Source: an uncultured virus (IMG/VR IMGVR_UViG_3300046003_004339)
Taxonomy: Duplodnaviria; Heunggongvirae; Uroviricota; Caudoviricetes
IMG/VR virus record: IMGVR_UViG_3300046003_004339
DNA length: 64,000 bases
Reading direction: 5' to 3' (one strand)
Part shown: piece by piece, positions 46,988 through 55,474 of the stretch
How the letters are laid out: every line of letters begins with the position of its first letter
How positions within the stretch are numbered: the first letter of the stretch is position 1
The notes under the pieces: generated by a model
The model's input: only the letters and a program-made list of their open reading frames with translations
What the model was told of the DNA's origin: nothing
Database searches by the model: none
Program-made: the position numbers and the translations under genes

Positions 46988-47215
46988 TCAATTTTCATTG
47001 TTATAAAGTTGAGATTCAAGTTCTTGAGATAGTTGATCATATATTTGCGAATTTAGTTGCCAACATAATTGCGAACTTAGTTGCAAATATAGTTGCGACT
47101 CTAGGTGCGAATATAGTTGCCCATGTAGTTGCCGAAGAAGTTGCCTATCTAGTTGAGTATTTAGTTGCCAATATACTTGATCATATAAATTTTTACCCAG
47201 ATTTATTGGCTTCAT
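46988..47215 (-). CDS. QLxx tetrad-repeat mini-protein B4
   Basis: MKPINLGKN. Confidence 0.75.
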   Translation of the reverse strand: MKPINLGKNLYDQVYWQLNTQLDRQLLRQLHGQLYSHLESQLYLQLSSQLCWQLNSQIYDQLSQELESQLYNNEN

Positions 47216-47441
47216 TGTGTAGTTGCGACTCTAGTTGATCATCTAGTTGCCAACGTAGTTGGTCATCTAGTTGCGAATATAGTTGCGAATTTAGTTGCGA
47301 ATATAGTTGCGAATATAGTTGCGAACTTAGTTGCTTATATAGTTGAGTATCTAGTTGCCAATATTGTTGAATATTTAGTTTCCTATCTATTTGCGAAACT
47401 AGTTGATACTGTACACTCTTACCCAGATTTATTGGCTTCAT
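47193..47441 (-). CDS. QLxx tetrad-repeat mini-protein B3
   Basis: MKPINLGKS. Confidence 0.75.
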   Translation of the reverse strand: MKPINLGKSVQYQLVSQIDRKLNIQQYWQLDTQLYKQLSSQLYSQLYSQLNSQLYSQLDDQLRWQLDDQLESQLHNEANKSG

Positions 47442-47616
47442 TGTGTAGTTGATCATCTAGTTGCGAATTTAGTTGCCTGTATAGTTGAGTATATAGTTGC
47501 GAACGTAGTTGAAAATATAGTGGCCAACTTAGTTGAGAACTTAGTTGCTTATATTGCGAATCTAGTTGCGAACGTAGTTGATCATATAAATTTTTACCCA
47601 GATTTATTGGCTTCAT
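47419..47616 (-). CDS. QLxx tetrad-repeat mini-protein B2
   Basis: MKPINLGKN. Confidence 0.75.
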   Translation of the reverse strand: MKPINLGKNLYDQLRSQLDSQYKQLSSQLSWPLYFQLRSQLYTQLYRQLNSQLDDQLHNEANKSG

Positions 47617-47830
47617 TGTGTAGTTGTACATTTAGTTGCGAACGTAGTTGAGTATCTAGTTCCCAATATAGTTGCGAACTTAGTTGCGAACTTAGTTCCC
47701 GATATAGTTGCGAACGTAGTTGCGAATATAGTTGCGAATATAGTTGAGAACTTAGTCGCAACTCTAGTTGCGAAAGTATTTTCCTATCTAGTTGCGACTG
47801 TACACTCTTACCTAATTTTACTGATTTCAC
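47594..47830 (-). CDS. QLxx tetrad-repeat mini-protein B1
   Basis: GTGA overlap with the DUF6745-like stop. Confidence 0.75.
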   Translation of the reverse strand: MKSVKLGKSVQSQLDRKILSQLELRLSSQLYSQLYSQLRSQLYRELSSQLSSQLYWELDTQLRSQLNVQLHNEANKSG

Positions 47831-48714
47831 GCAATATTGACAATTTTCATTGTTTTACCACCAAATCTCTCAGCAATAGCCTGAACCAAATTACGAGACT
47901 GCGGAGAAACTGCTTCCACATGCCAGATGCCAGTAGTTTGATTGAGCATCTTGACATATGGCTGATAATCAAGTCCTTCAAACAGAACTTTCATATCCCA
48001 CAGTTCATATTGAGACTCATGCCAATAAGGATGTTCATTTGCGTCATAATTTTCATATGAATCAATCTTTTTACCCAAATGCAACATACGTTCAACGCCA
48101 AACTTTCTTACAAATTCAGCCTTGACATCAGCATTCTTTTCGGTGCTGAAAAATGAAATATCAAGTTGCTCTGAATCAGTTGTAACAAGTTTTTCCGGCA
48201 CACGCACACCATTCAGATACCACATGCCCCAGCCGTCGCTATATTCAATAGCCATGACCGATTCATTATGCAATCTGCCAGATTCATTTACAGTCAAACG
48301 AATTGGTCGCTCGGATACCAAAACATATTCTTCATATGGAAACCACCAATGTAGATTTTTAGCCTCTTGCATCCATTCTGCAAGCAACTCGGAGTCTTCT
48401 TTGCTATATTTGACTCCAATCATTTCTCCAAATGTGCAAAATGCTTTCCAGCCAATCCATTGCTGGCCCGAAAAATAATCCGACAGTCCAGATTCATCGC
48501 CACACAGTTTTCTATAATCAACGATGGCTTTGGGAGAAGGAAAATAAAGAAATTTTGGATTTTTGAGTCCAATTCTATTATAGAATTTGGTGATAATTTT
48601 CTCAGCAACATCGTGGTTGATTGGTTCAATAGATCGTCCAATGTTCAGCATTTCGTTATAGAACTTGCTCAGTTGCTCAGTTTGATCGTCGGTCAATTTT
48701 TGTATTGTGCTCAT
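47827..48714 (-). CDS. DUF6745-like protein
   Basis: IQKLT..Q, F.SP, GQ.W..W..F, WWFPYE....SERP, GRLH.....AIEYSDGW..W.LNGVRVP, EKNA.V......K.G.ER, VKM...TTG..H.E.V.P. Confidence 0.8.
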   Translation of the reverse strand: MSTIQKLTDDQTEQLSKFYNEMLNIGRSIEPINHDVAEKIITKFYNRIGLKNPKFLYFPSPKAIVDYRKLCGDESGLSDYFSGQQWIGWKAFCTFGEMIGVKYSKEDSELLAEWMQEAKNLHWWFPYEEYVLVSERPIRLTVNESGRLHNESVMAIEYSDGWGMWYLNGVRVPEKLVTTDSEQLDISFFSTEKNADVKAEFVRKFGVERMLHLGKKIDSYENYDANEHPYWHESQYELWDMKVLFEGLDYQPYVKMLNQTTGIWHVEAVSPQSRNLVQAIAERFGGKTMKIVNIA

Positions 48715-48758
48715 ATTTTAAGTTTTGTAATGTTATTATGAATGTTGATGAATAAAAG

Positions 48759-48980
48759 TCAAGATGTTTTTATGTTTTGTTCCAATTGAATACTCAGTTG
48801 CAAATATAGTTGATTATCTAGTTGATTATATAGTTGCGAATTTAGTTGTGAATATAGTGGCGAAGTTAGTTGGTTATTTAGTTGTAAAACTAGTTGCGAA
48901 CGTAGTCGATAACATAGTTGCGAATCTAGTTGCGAATCTAGTTGAGTATGTAGTTTCTTACCTAATTTTATCGGTTTCAT
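48759..48980 (-). CDS. QLxx tetrad-repeat mini-protein A3
   Basis: MKPIKLGKK. Confidence 0.75.
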   Translation of the reverse strand: MKPIKLGKKLHTQLDSQLDSQLCYRLRSQLVLQLNNQLTSPLYSQLNSQLYNQLDNQLYLQLSIQLEQNIKTS

Positions 48981-49206
48981 TGCGTAGTTGATCATCTAGT
49001 TGCCAACGTAGTTGGTCATGTAGTTGCCTATCTAGTTGCGAATATAGTTGCGAATATAGTTGCAAACGCAGTTGCGAACGTAGTTGAGTATCTAGTTGCC
49101 AAAGTAGTTGCGAATCTAGTTGCGAACATAGTTGAGTATCTAGTTGCGAACATAGTTGCCCATGTAGTTGATACTTTATACTTTTACCTAATTTTATTGG
49201 TTTCAT
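48958..49206 (-). CDS. QLxx tetrad-repeat mini-protein A2
   Basis: MKPIKLGKS. Confidence 0.75.
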   Translation of the reverse strand: MKPIKLGKSIKYQLHGQLCSQLDTQLCSQLDSQLLWQLDTQLRSQLRLQLYSQLYSQLDRQLHDQLRWQLDDQLRNETDKIR

Positions 49207-49420
49207 TGTGTAGTTGATCATCTAGTTGCCAACGTAGTTGGTCATCTAGTTGCCAAAGTAGTTGCGAATCTAGTTGAAAACTTAGTCGAGTATCTAGTTG
49301 CGAATTTAGTTGCGAATTTAGTTGAGTATGTAGTCGGGTATCTAGTTGAGTATATAGTTGACCATATAGTTGACCATATAGTTGCAATTCTATATTTTTA
49401 CCTAATTTTATTGGTTTCAT
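49184..49420 (-). CDS. QLxx tetrad-repeat mini-protein A1
   Basis: MKPIKLGKN; ATGA overlap with upstream gene. Confidence 0.75.
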   Translation of the reverse strand: MKPIKLGKNIELQLYGQLYGQLYTQLDTRLHTQLNSQLNSQLDTRLSFQLDSQLLWQLDDQLRWQLDDQLHNETNKIR

Positions 49421-49743
49421 TTCTTTTCTTTTGGAAGTTCATAAACTTTACTTACAGCAGCAACCACATCTTTTAGTGTGCGATACAATGTAGCATGCAA
49501 TGGAGTTTGCTGAACTTTTGCACGACTGTTATATACATTTTGATATACATTCACAACTGCTTCAACAAATTCATTTTCATATGAACAAAGTGAAACATAT
49601 TGATATTGGTTTTCGTGCTTGCGAACAAGATAAAACAAGCCAGTTACAGGCGTGCCAAGATCTTCATAATAGTTATTTTTGTCGCGTGCTCCTTGTTTGA
49701 ATCCAAGAGTTTCAAGTGATGTTTTCAAAGTTTCGTTTTTCAT
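49417..49743 (-). CDS. hypothetical protein heading repeat block A
   Basis: Own promoter copy. Confidence 0.65.
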   Translation of the reverse strand: MKNETLKTSLETLGFKQGARDKNNYYEDLGTPVTGLFYLVRKHENQYQYVSLCSYENEFVEAVVNVYQNVYNSRAKVQQTPLHATLYRTLKDVVAAVSKVYELPKEKK

Positions 49744-50016
49744 TTGAACTCCACAATGGCTGCTTTTTATAGAAAGTCAAGCAGATAGTTATTATGGAAT
49801 GCAAAAGTTCCACGTTGTGTTTGGACGCAACCACGAAGAAGTTTTATTGGTTTGGGCATTGCGTTCTACCATATCTGGCAAGCCAATCAACATCTTTTTA
49901 TATACATTTGCCAAGTTTGAGTATATAAACAAGCGAAAGATGGAAAATCATCTAAAATCTATACATTCATATATGGTGAATACCAACGATAACTACGACT
50001 TGATGCACTAGTGTTT

Positions 50017-50187
50017 CTAAGCCGTTTCTATGGCTATATAATGGTTTTGACTAAAGTTTAGGGTTACTCCATCTATTCTAACAGCATGACCATCTATTTT
50101 CACGCTTTGAGCATCTACTCTAAATTCTAGCAGTGGCTCACTCTGACCACCTAGATATATTTTTATAATGTATGTTCGATCAAACAT
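50017..50187 (-). CDS. hypothetical protein (56 aa)
   Basis: MFDRTYIIKIYLGG; upstream ATATTTAT. Confidence 0.5.
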   Translation of the reverse strand: MFDRTYIIKIYLGGQSEPLLEFRVDAQSVKIDGHAVRIDGVTLNFSQNHYIAIETA

Positions 50188-50224
50188 GATATTATATAAA
50201 TATATGTTTGTTTTATTATAATAA

Positions 50225-51118
50225 TCAAAAACAACTGTTTAGGTCACTGTCTGGTATATAATAATTGTTTATGTCACGTAGATTTATATTATTGTTACAA
50301 TCGTATATATTCACAACGCCATCTTCAATGATGGCATAATGATTGGATTGAGTGTCCAAGTTGTAACTAACACTCAAATACTCTGGGTCAAGTTTATTTG
50401 GTTGATCCAACAGTTTGTAATGTTCAGTCACATCTTGTTTCACAAAGCCACCATGTTTGTGTTGTACCAACACTTGCGGAACACGATGAATGCTGTGACC
50501 AACTATTTGATTTATACCATTGACTGGCCCAAAGGTGTTCCAATCAACCCAGTTGATGCCACCATATTGTTGATATCCTCCACGCTCCCAACCAGCACCA
50601 AACAATTCAACATTGTTGTTTAGATTTGCTTGTTCTAGTGCAATAGTTGTTTCTTGCTGTAACACATGATCAAAAAATTCAAGTTTTGAAGCAAACTTTG
50701 TTTCATCAAAGTTCAATGAATATTTTTTCCAAAGTTTGTTGGTCAATCCAGCATGACTAAACACATGATTTTGATCAATGTGATATACACGAAACTTTGC
50801 TTTATCTTCATTGGTCAATACATCATTTATAGCAACACTTTTATAGGGAGTATAGCCCGAGCACCTAAAATGTATATTTTCAGGCCAAATATATGAAGTG
50901 CAATGATTGCCCATAAGTGGAACAATTTTTGGATTATGCAGTATTTTCTCTTTGAGCCAAACCGCAGTGGCCCTAGCATATTCTACTGCGTGTGCACCTT
51001 CACCATGATTGTCAAAATAATCACCTGTGAGCACAAGTTTATCATGTGGCACTTTATCTATAATAGATTGTGCTCGTATGATACGATTGTGAATATCTGA
51101 AATACATAGGGTGCGCAT
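50225..51118 (-). CDS. calcineurin-like metallophosphoesterase
   Basis: SDIH, GDYFD, GNH, SHAG, QIVGHS. Confidence 0.88.
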   Translation of the reverse strand: MRTLCISDIHNRIIRAQSIIDKVPHDKLVLTGDYFDNHGEGAHAVEYARATAVWLKEKILHNPKIVPLMGNHCTSYIWPENIHFRCSGYTPYKSVAINDVLTNEDKAKFRVYHIDQNHVFSHAGLTNKLWKKYSLNFDETKFASKLEFFDHVLQQETTIALEQANLNNNVELFGAGWERGGYQQYGGINWVDWNTFGPVNGINQIVGHSIHRVPQVLVQHKHGGFVKQDVTEHYKLLDQPNKLDPEYLSVSYNLDTQSNHYAIIEDGVVNIYDCNNNINLRDINNYYIPDSDLNSCF

Positions 51119-51138
51119 CTGTTGACTATAGACTGCAC

Positions 51139-51516
51139 CTAAACATTGTCAATCTTTTTCTTGTTGCACAAATATTTGCTATTCATGAAATTGTCAGCAT
51201 CCATGCTTGCTTTCTTTTTGTTGCAAGCATTGCAACATACCACAAAGTTGTTGTGATCAAATGCATCGCCGCCAACGGACTTTGCTTTGTAATGATCTAC
51301 AGTGGCTTGATCATTTCGGCGCAAAGATTTATATTTCAATTCTTTTTCGCAATAAAAACAAACCAACTTGTTTTTCTTTTCCAGTTCTTCTTTGAGAAAA
51401 TCATTGCGTGATGTTGCCCAACGCTTGCGCTCCATTTGAGCATACAAGCGTTGCAGCAACACAAGATTAGCATAACTGCTAATATGCACATCATCCATAT
51501 GGATGAAATGTTTCAT
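51139..51516 (-). CDS. HNH endonuclease
   Basis: CFYC, ATVDH, GG, N.VVCCNACNKKK. Confidence 0.85.
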   Translation of the reverse strand: MKHFIHMDDVHISSYANLVLLQRLYAQMERKRWATSRNDFLKEELEKKNKLVCFYCEKELKYKSLRRNDQATVDHYKAKSVGGDAFDHNNFVVCCNACNKKKASMDADNFMNSKYLCNKKKIDNV

Positions 51517-51848
51517 TTATCCACGTCATCTCTGTCCCATTCATAACCGTCTTCACCATAACACTTTTCACCTTTGTCAAGTGAATCGCACAGCAATTGC
51601 TTTTTCTTTGGAAGATTACCATCTGTTCTTGCTTTGGGAGATTCCCAAACAATCTTGACGCTATCCATATGCTTTTCTGGCATATAAACCAGTCGTATGC
51701 CATTTTGAGCAAAAAGATTCACAAGTTCATCCAGTTTCATACCCTTCCACTTTGACAGATTATCAGCGCCGCCAGCTTGTATCACAGCGTTGCGCATCAT
51801 AAGATAGAAGTCATCTTGACACAGTTTTACTTTGATATCGTTGTTCAT
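51513..51848 (-). CDS. hypothetical protein
   Basis: Coupled ORF. Confidence 0.6.
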   Translation of the reverse strand: MNNDIKVKLCQDDFYLMMRNAVIQAGGADNLSKWKGMKLDELVNLFAQNGIRLVYMPEKHMDSVKIVWESPKARTDGNLPKKKQLLCDSLDKGEKCYGEDGYEWDRDDVDK

Positions 51849-51853
51849 AAATT

Positions 51854-52645
51854 TTAAGTCCAGAAAAAATCACGATTGGTCACAATCCAAACCAAATATT
51901 TGGTATCTTCTTTGTTGATGAGCACTTCCAAACGAGTGTTTTCAGCATAATCAACTTCAAATACACCAGTCATCGTTTCTTCGTCTGGGTATGAATCATC
52001 ATGTTGCTTTTGCAAATCGGGACGACGATTCTTCACATAGTCATAACAATCCTTCAACTCATTGGCAAACTTTGCATGATCTTCTCCAGATGCTTCATAG
52101 TCAGTGTTATCAAAACATTTTTCACCTTCTATAAAATGAACCACCATAGCAAAATTGAGTTCAGTAATAAGATGTGTCTTGTCACTCCAACAATCTGGAA
52201 TTTGATTCTTGAGCCATTTCTGACGTGGATTTAGTTTATATTCAAGCCAATCATATGCACGACTGATCTTGCATTTCAAGCTAAAGCAGTTTTCACGCAG
52301 CCAGTATTGAACAGGAAAGCGATATTGTAAAAATGTGTCAATAGCATCACGTTCAGACTTGCGTCCAAGAATGTTATGCCCATCACTTATGATGGCATCC
52401 AAATACCAGAAATATAGATATGTGCGCTTGCTGCGTGGCATATCCATATATTCATCTGCGTTCTTTACAATCCGATATCTTGTAAATGGATTGTTGTCTT
52501 CCAACCAATAGCAGAAGTTGTAATACATATGACGAAATGTAGTTGTGTCTGTATCTGGCATTTTTACAGCACGATTATGCTTGCTGAAAATTTCAGCGGA
52601 TTCTTTCATAGAATCAGTAAGTTCTTTTTCGTTAGAATTGTTCAT
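51854..52645 (-). CDS. conserved phage hypothetical protein
   Basis: IP..WSDK..LI...F, DTKYL..IV..R...WT. Confidence 0.7.
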   Translation of the reverse strand: MNNSNEKELTDSMKESAEIFSKHNRAVKMPDTDTTTFRHMYYNFCYWLEDNNPFTRYRIVKNADEYMDMPRSKRTYLYFWYLDAIISDGHNILGRKSERDAIDTFLQYRFPVQYWLRENCFSLKCKISRAYDWLEYKLNPRQKWLKNQIPDCWSDKTHLITELNFAMVVHFIEGEKCFDNTDYEASGEDHAKFANELKDCYDYVKNRRPDLQKQHDDSYPDEETMTGVFEVDYAENTRLEVLINKEDTKYLVWIVTNRDFFWT

Positions 52646-52938
52646 TGAGTATTTTTTGGTTTGAAATTTTTCATGTCTTCCCAGCCCGGCCAATTTCCGT
52701 CCAATTTGGCATTGGCAAGATCAAGGTCTTCTCTGTTATGCATCCATTCATTTACAAGTTCGTTCAACAACTCTTTTCCATTTTTATCAAGTTGATCTTC
52801 GATGCGTGCAGTCAATGGACCCCAACGAGTACAAAGATCGCAACCACATTTCTTTTGTGTTTCATCAGTCCAGTCTGAGGTGATTATATCCCCCAACCGA
52901 GGCCGAATAACAGGAAGAGGTGTGGTTGCGTTGTTCAT
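52642..52938 (-). CDS. hypothetical protein
   Basis: Coupled ORF. Confidence 0.6.
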   Translation of the reverse strand: MNNATTPLPVIRPRLGDIITSDWTDETQKKCGCDLCTRWGPLTARIEDQLDKNGKELLNELVNEWMHNREDLDLANAKLDGNWPGWEDMKNFKPKNTQ

Positions 52939-53777
52939 AGATTATTTACTTTATATGGATTGATGAATGTAAGGTCGGGATAGTCTTTGGCTACTTCATT
53001 ATAGTCATAGCGTCCAGACAAGTGAGCAGCATATATTTTCTTTACGCCAACATCATCACAGATTTTAATAGCTTCGTCAATAGTAAAATGAGTTGTGTCG
53101 TCTCGGTCCTTTTCGTTTACAAAAGTACAATCCATCACAACATCCTTGCAATCAGTCAATTGGCTACGGTCTGGAATATCATAAGCATCAAGACAATAAG
53201 CAAACAAATTGGCACGATAAGACTCATTCATAACATCTTTGGTCAAACCATTTTTGAGAAGTGATGGAATATCCTGCCCACGAAACTCTGGCTTGAGTCT
53301 ATTACGATTTTCATAAATGACATATCCAAGAGTAGTTGCGTTCTTTTGGTGACGCATAGTAAAAGCACGAACAAACTGCTTGTTGCCAAGATCAAGCTCA
53401 AATCCGTCACTGATAGGAACAAATTTGAGATCATAACGCAACCAATTACCAGCACGTGATTTACAAAAAGAAATCAAATCCTTCATAAGATAATTATCTT
53501 CTGGATAATATACCGTGAGAGGCTTGTTGTGGTCTTGAGTATCTATGTTGCGGCTGATTCCTCGACCTGCATTGCGACAACCAATAATGCTGGGCAAACC
53601 AAGTGTATGATCGCCATGACTATGGGAAATACAGATAAATTCTATACCCGCCAAACAATTACCAATGCTTGTTGCAGCACCTTCGCCAGCATCAAACAAA
53701 ATGTTGCGAGTCTTGTCATAGCACCAAGAGCTATACAACGCCTTGCTAAAAATAGAAATGTTGAGTCCGTTATTCAC
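52935..53777 (-). CDS. rnz: metallo-beta-lactamase-fold ribonuclease Z, Thermotoga-type
   Basis: FSKALYSSW, ILFDAGEG, HSHGDH, exosite R.RLKPEFRG, CTF, H.S.RY. Confidence 0.8.
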   Translation of the reverse strand: MNNGLNISIFSKALYSSWCYDKTRNILFDAGEGAATSIGNCLAGIEFICISHSHGDHTLGLPSIIGCRNAGRGISRNIDTQDHNKPLTVYYPEDNYLMKDLISFCKSRAGNWLRYDLKFVPISDGFELDLGNKQFVRAFTMRHQKNATTLGYVIYENRNRLKPEFRGQDIPSLLKNGLTKDVMNESYRANLFAYCLDAYDIPDRSQLTDCKDVVMDCTFVNEKDRDDTTHFTIDEAIKICDDVGVKKIYAAHLSGRYDYNEVAKDYPDLTFINPYKVNNL

Positions 53778-53839
53778 AGACCCAACATTGGTTAGTTTTT
53801 ATGGAATGTCAAGTAATAATAGAACTGTGAATAGAATAT

Positions 53840-54598
53840 TTAACCAAATACATAGGCACCCATTGCAGAGATTCTGACCCTTGAGTTGGAGAATGGTATA
53901 TATATAAATAAAGAATCCGGAACGGGTAAAGCATTTACTCCATCGTTCCATTCTATTCTTGCCAAACTTGTGGTCGTCATGTTGGGCGCATTATTTGCTA
54001 AATCTCCACGCAAATCGGTTGTTGAGTATCCTGCGGCTCCCGGTTCGTGGTTGGGAGTTCCATCAACAAACCACATATCAATCGACTGATTTGATTGTCC
54101 TCTATTGTTGATTAACAATCGAAGTCCCAATAAAGAACAATATAATAGAGTGAGGCCCGGACTATATGCGGCATCAATCGTTCTGGTAATTCCGCTTCCT
54201 GAGTTTGTGGTCACTGAACCGGTTCCGTTAAATCCAACGCCGTATAGCTTACCATCGCCACCGGCCATACGACCCCCAGCTGGGGTGGTTTTTACCGAGG
54301 TTGAACCGGATGTCATCACACCAATGAACAAAGAATTTTGATTTTTTGGAAAAATAGAACCACTGTCTTTCAGTCCGAACATAACCATATTGGTAGCAAG
54401 ACCAATGGTTGTGACTGTTTCATCCGCCGAATTACCGTCGTTGGAACCTGAGCCGGGAACAATCCCGATGTACATTCCCATCCTCAAGTCTGTCCATGCG
54501 GTCCCAACGTTGGTCTGTCTTACAAAATACCCTCTCTCCGTAAGAATCAAAGTGTTGTCTATCGCTGTTTTTTTATATATAGTAGTGCTGTTTGGCAT
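53840..54598 (-). CDS. Gly/Ser/Thr-rich putative virion protein
   Basis: Beta-rich composition; lies in fibre-like block. Confidence 0.65.
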   Translation of the reverse strand: MPNSTTIYKKTAIDNTLILTERGYFVRQTNVGTAWTDLRMGMYIGIVPGSGSNDGNSADETVTTIGLATNMVMFGLKDSGSIFPKNQNSLFIGVMTSGSTSVKTTPAGGRMAGGDGKLYGVGFNGTGSVTTNSGSGITRTIDAAYSPGLTLLYCSLLGLRLLINNRGQSNQSIDMWFVDGTPNHEPGAAGYSTTDLRGDLANNAPNMTTTSLARIEWNDGVNALPVPDSLFIYIPFSNSRVRISAMGAYVFG

Positions 54599-54613
54599 AT
54601 TGTGTACTCTCCG

Positions 54614-55369
54614 TTAAATTTGTATTATCGACCCAGTTCCCAACCAACCTGAGCCAGAATTTGTGTATAAAATGCTTCCTGTTGCATAAGATTCAAAACT
54701 GTCTATGGATGGTGCCGGAAATTCAAGAGAAATTATTGACCCCGTGCCTAACCACCCCGATCCCAAATTTGTGTATAAAATGCTTCCGGTTGGATAAGAT
54801 TCAAAATCGTCAAAAGAATCCGATGGAGGAATTGGAGTTGCGGTAGGTGTTGGTGTTGGCGTGGCCGTTGGTGTTGGCGTGGCCGTTGGTGTCGGCGTTG
54901 GGGTAGCCGTTGGTGTCGGCGTTGGTGTTGGTGTAAGCGTCGGTGTAGCCGTTGGAGTGTATGACGGCGTAGGCGTCAGCGTGGCCGTTGGTGTAGGTGT
55001 CGGAGTGTATGACGGCGTAGGCGTTGGGGTAGCCGTCGGAGTTGGTTCTGGAATAATTGCCGGTATAACCTCGGATTTGAACGATTGATAGCTAAATAAA
55101 GACCAACCGACCGAGTTGTTGCCTTCTCCGACTTTTATCCAAGTTTCATTGGGTTGCGCAAATGTTATCAATTCTTCTTTCAGTGTATGATACCATATTT
55201 TATTTTTATATTTGGTCGCAAAGAACTTTTTTGTTGGATATATCTGTTGGGATATTCCATCAAAGTTTAAATAAAATTCATATCCAACTCTTGCAAATAT
55301 ACTATTTTTCTTGGCGGATATCAATCCTTCCGGACTAGATTGGTCCAATTGATTAGGTATATTGCTCAT
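54614..55369 (-). CDS. putative virion accessory protein: shared N-domain, PT linker, duplicated 35-aa C-terminal module
   Basis: [24 protein letters not shown] twice. Confidence 0.75.
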   Translation of the reverse strand: MSNIPNQLDQSSPEGLISAKKNSIFARVGYEFYLNFDGISQQIYPTKKFFATKYKNKIWYHTLKEELITFAQPNETWIKVGEGNNSVGWSLFSYQSFKSEVIPAIIPEPTPTATPTPTPSYTPTPTPTATLTPTPSYTPTATPTLTPTPTPTPTATPTPTPTATPTPTATPTPTPTATPIPPSDSFDDFESYPTGSILYTNLGSGWLGTGSIISLEFPAPSIDSFESYATGSILYTNSGSGWLGTGSIIQI

Positions 55370-55411
55370 AAGTTTGTGTGATATATATTATAAATATAAG
55401 ACTATATCAAT

Positions 55412-55444
55412 AAAAACGCCGAGAGTTTTTGTTCTCTCGGCGTT
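55412..55444 (-). terminator. intrinsic terminator
   Basis: AACGCCGAGAG/CTCTCGGCGTT hairpin plus T-run. Confidence 0.8.
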
Positions 55445-55474
55445 GCTTTATATAATACTTTATTATATAAGGGT

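Noticed and set aside
45945..48991. Plus-strand VANL/IVAN-repeat ORFs over the QLxx array
   Set aside because: Arise from the reverse complement of the 12-bp repeat; no conserved start, promoter or coupling
45807..49420. CRISPR array or DGR variable regions
   Set aside because: Intervals are 150-240 nt, coding and internally repetitive; adenines in CAA CTA are conserved, unlike DGR mutagenesis; no cas or reverse transcriptase gene in the window
54861..55088. Val/Gly-repeat plus-strand ORFs (also 59989-60399)
   Set aside because: Antisense reading of Pro-Thr linkers
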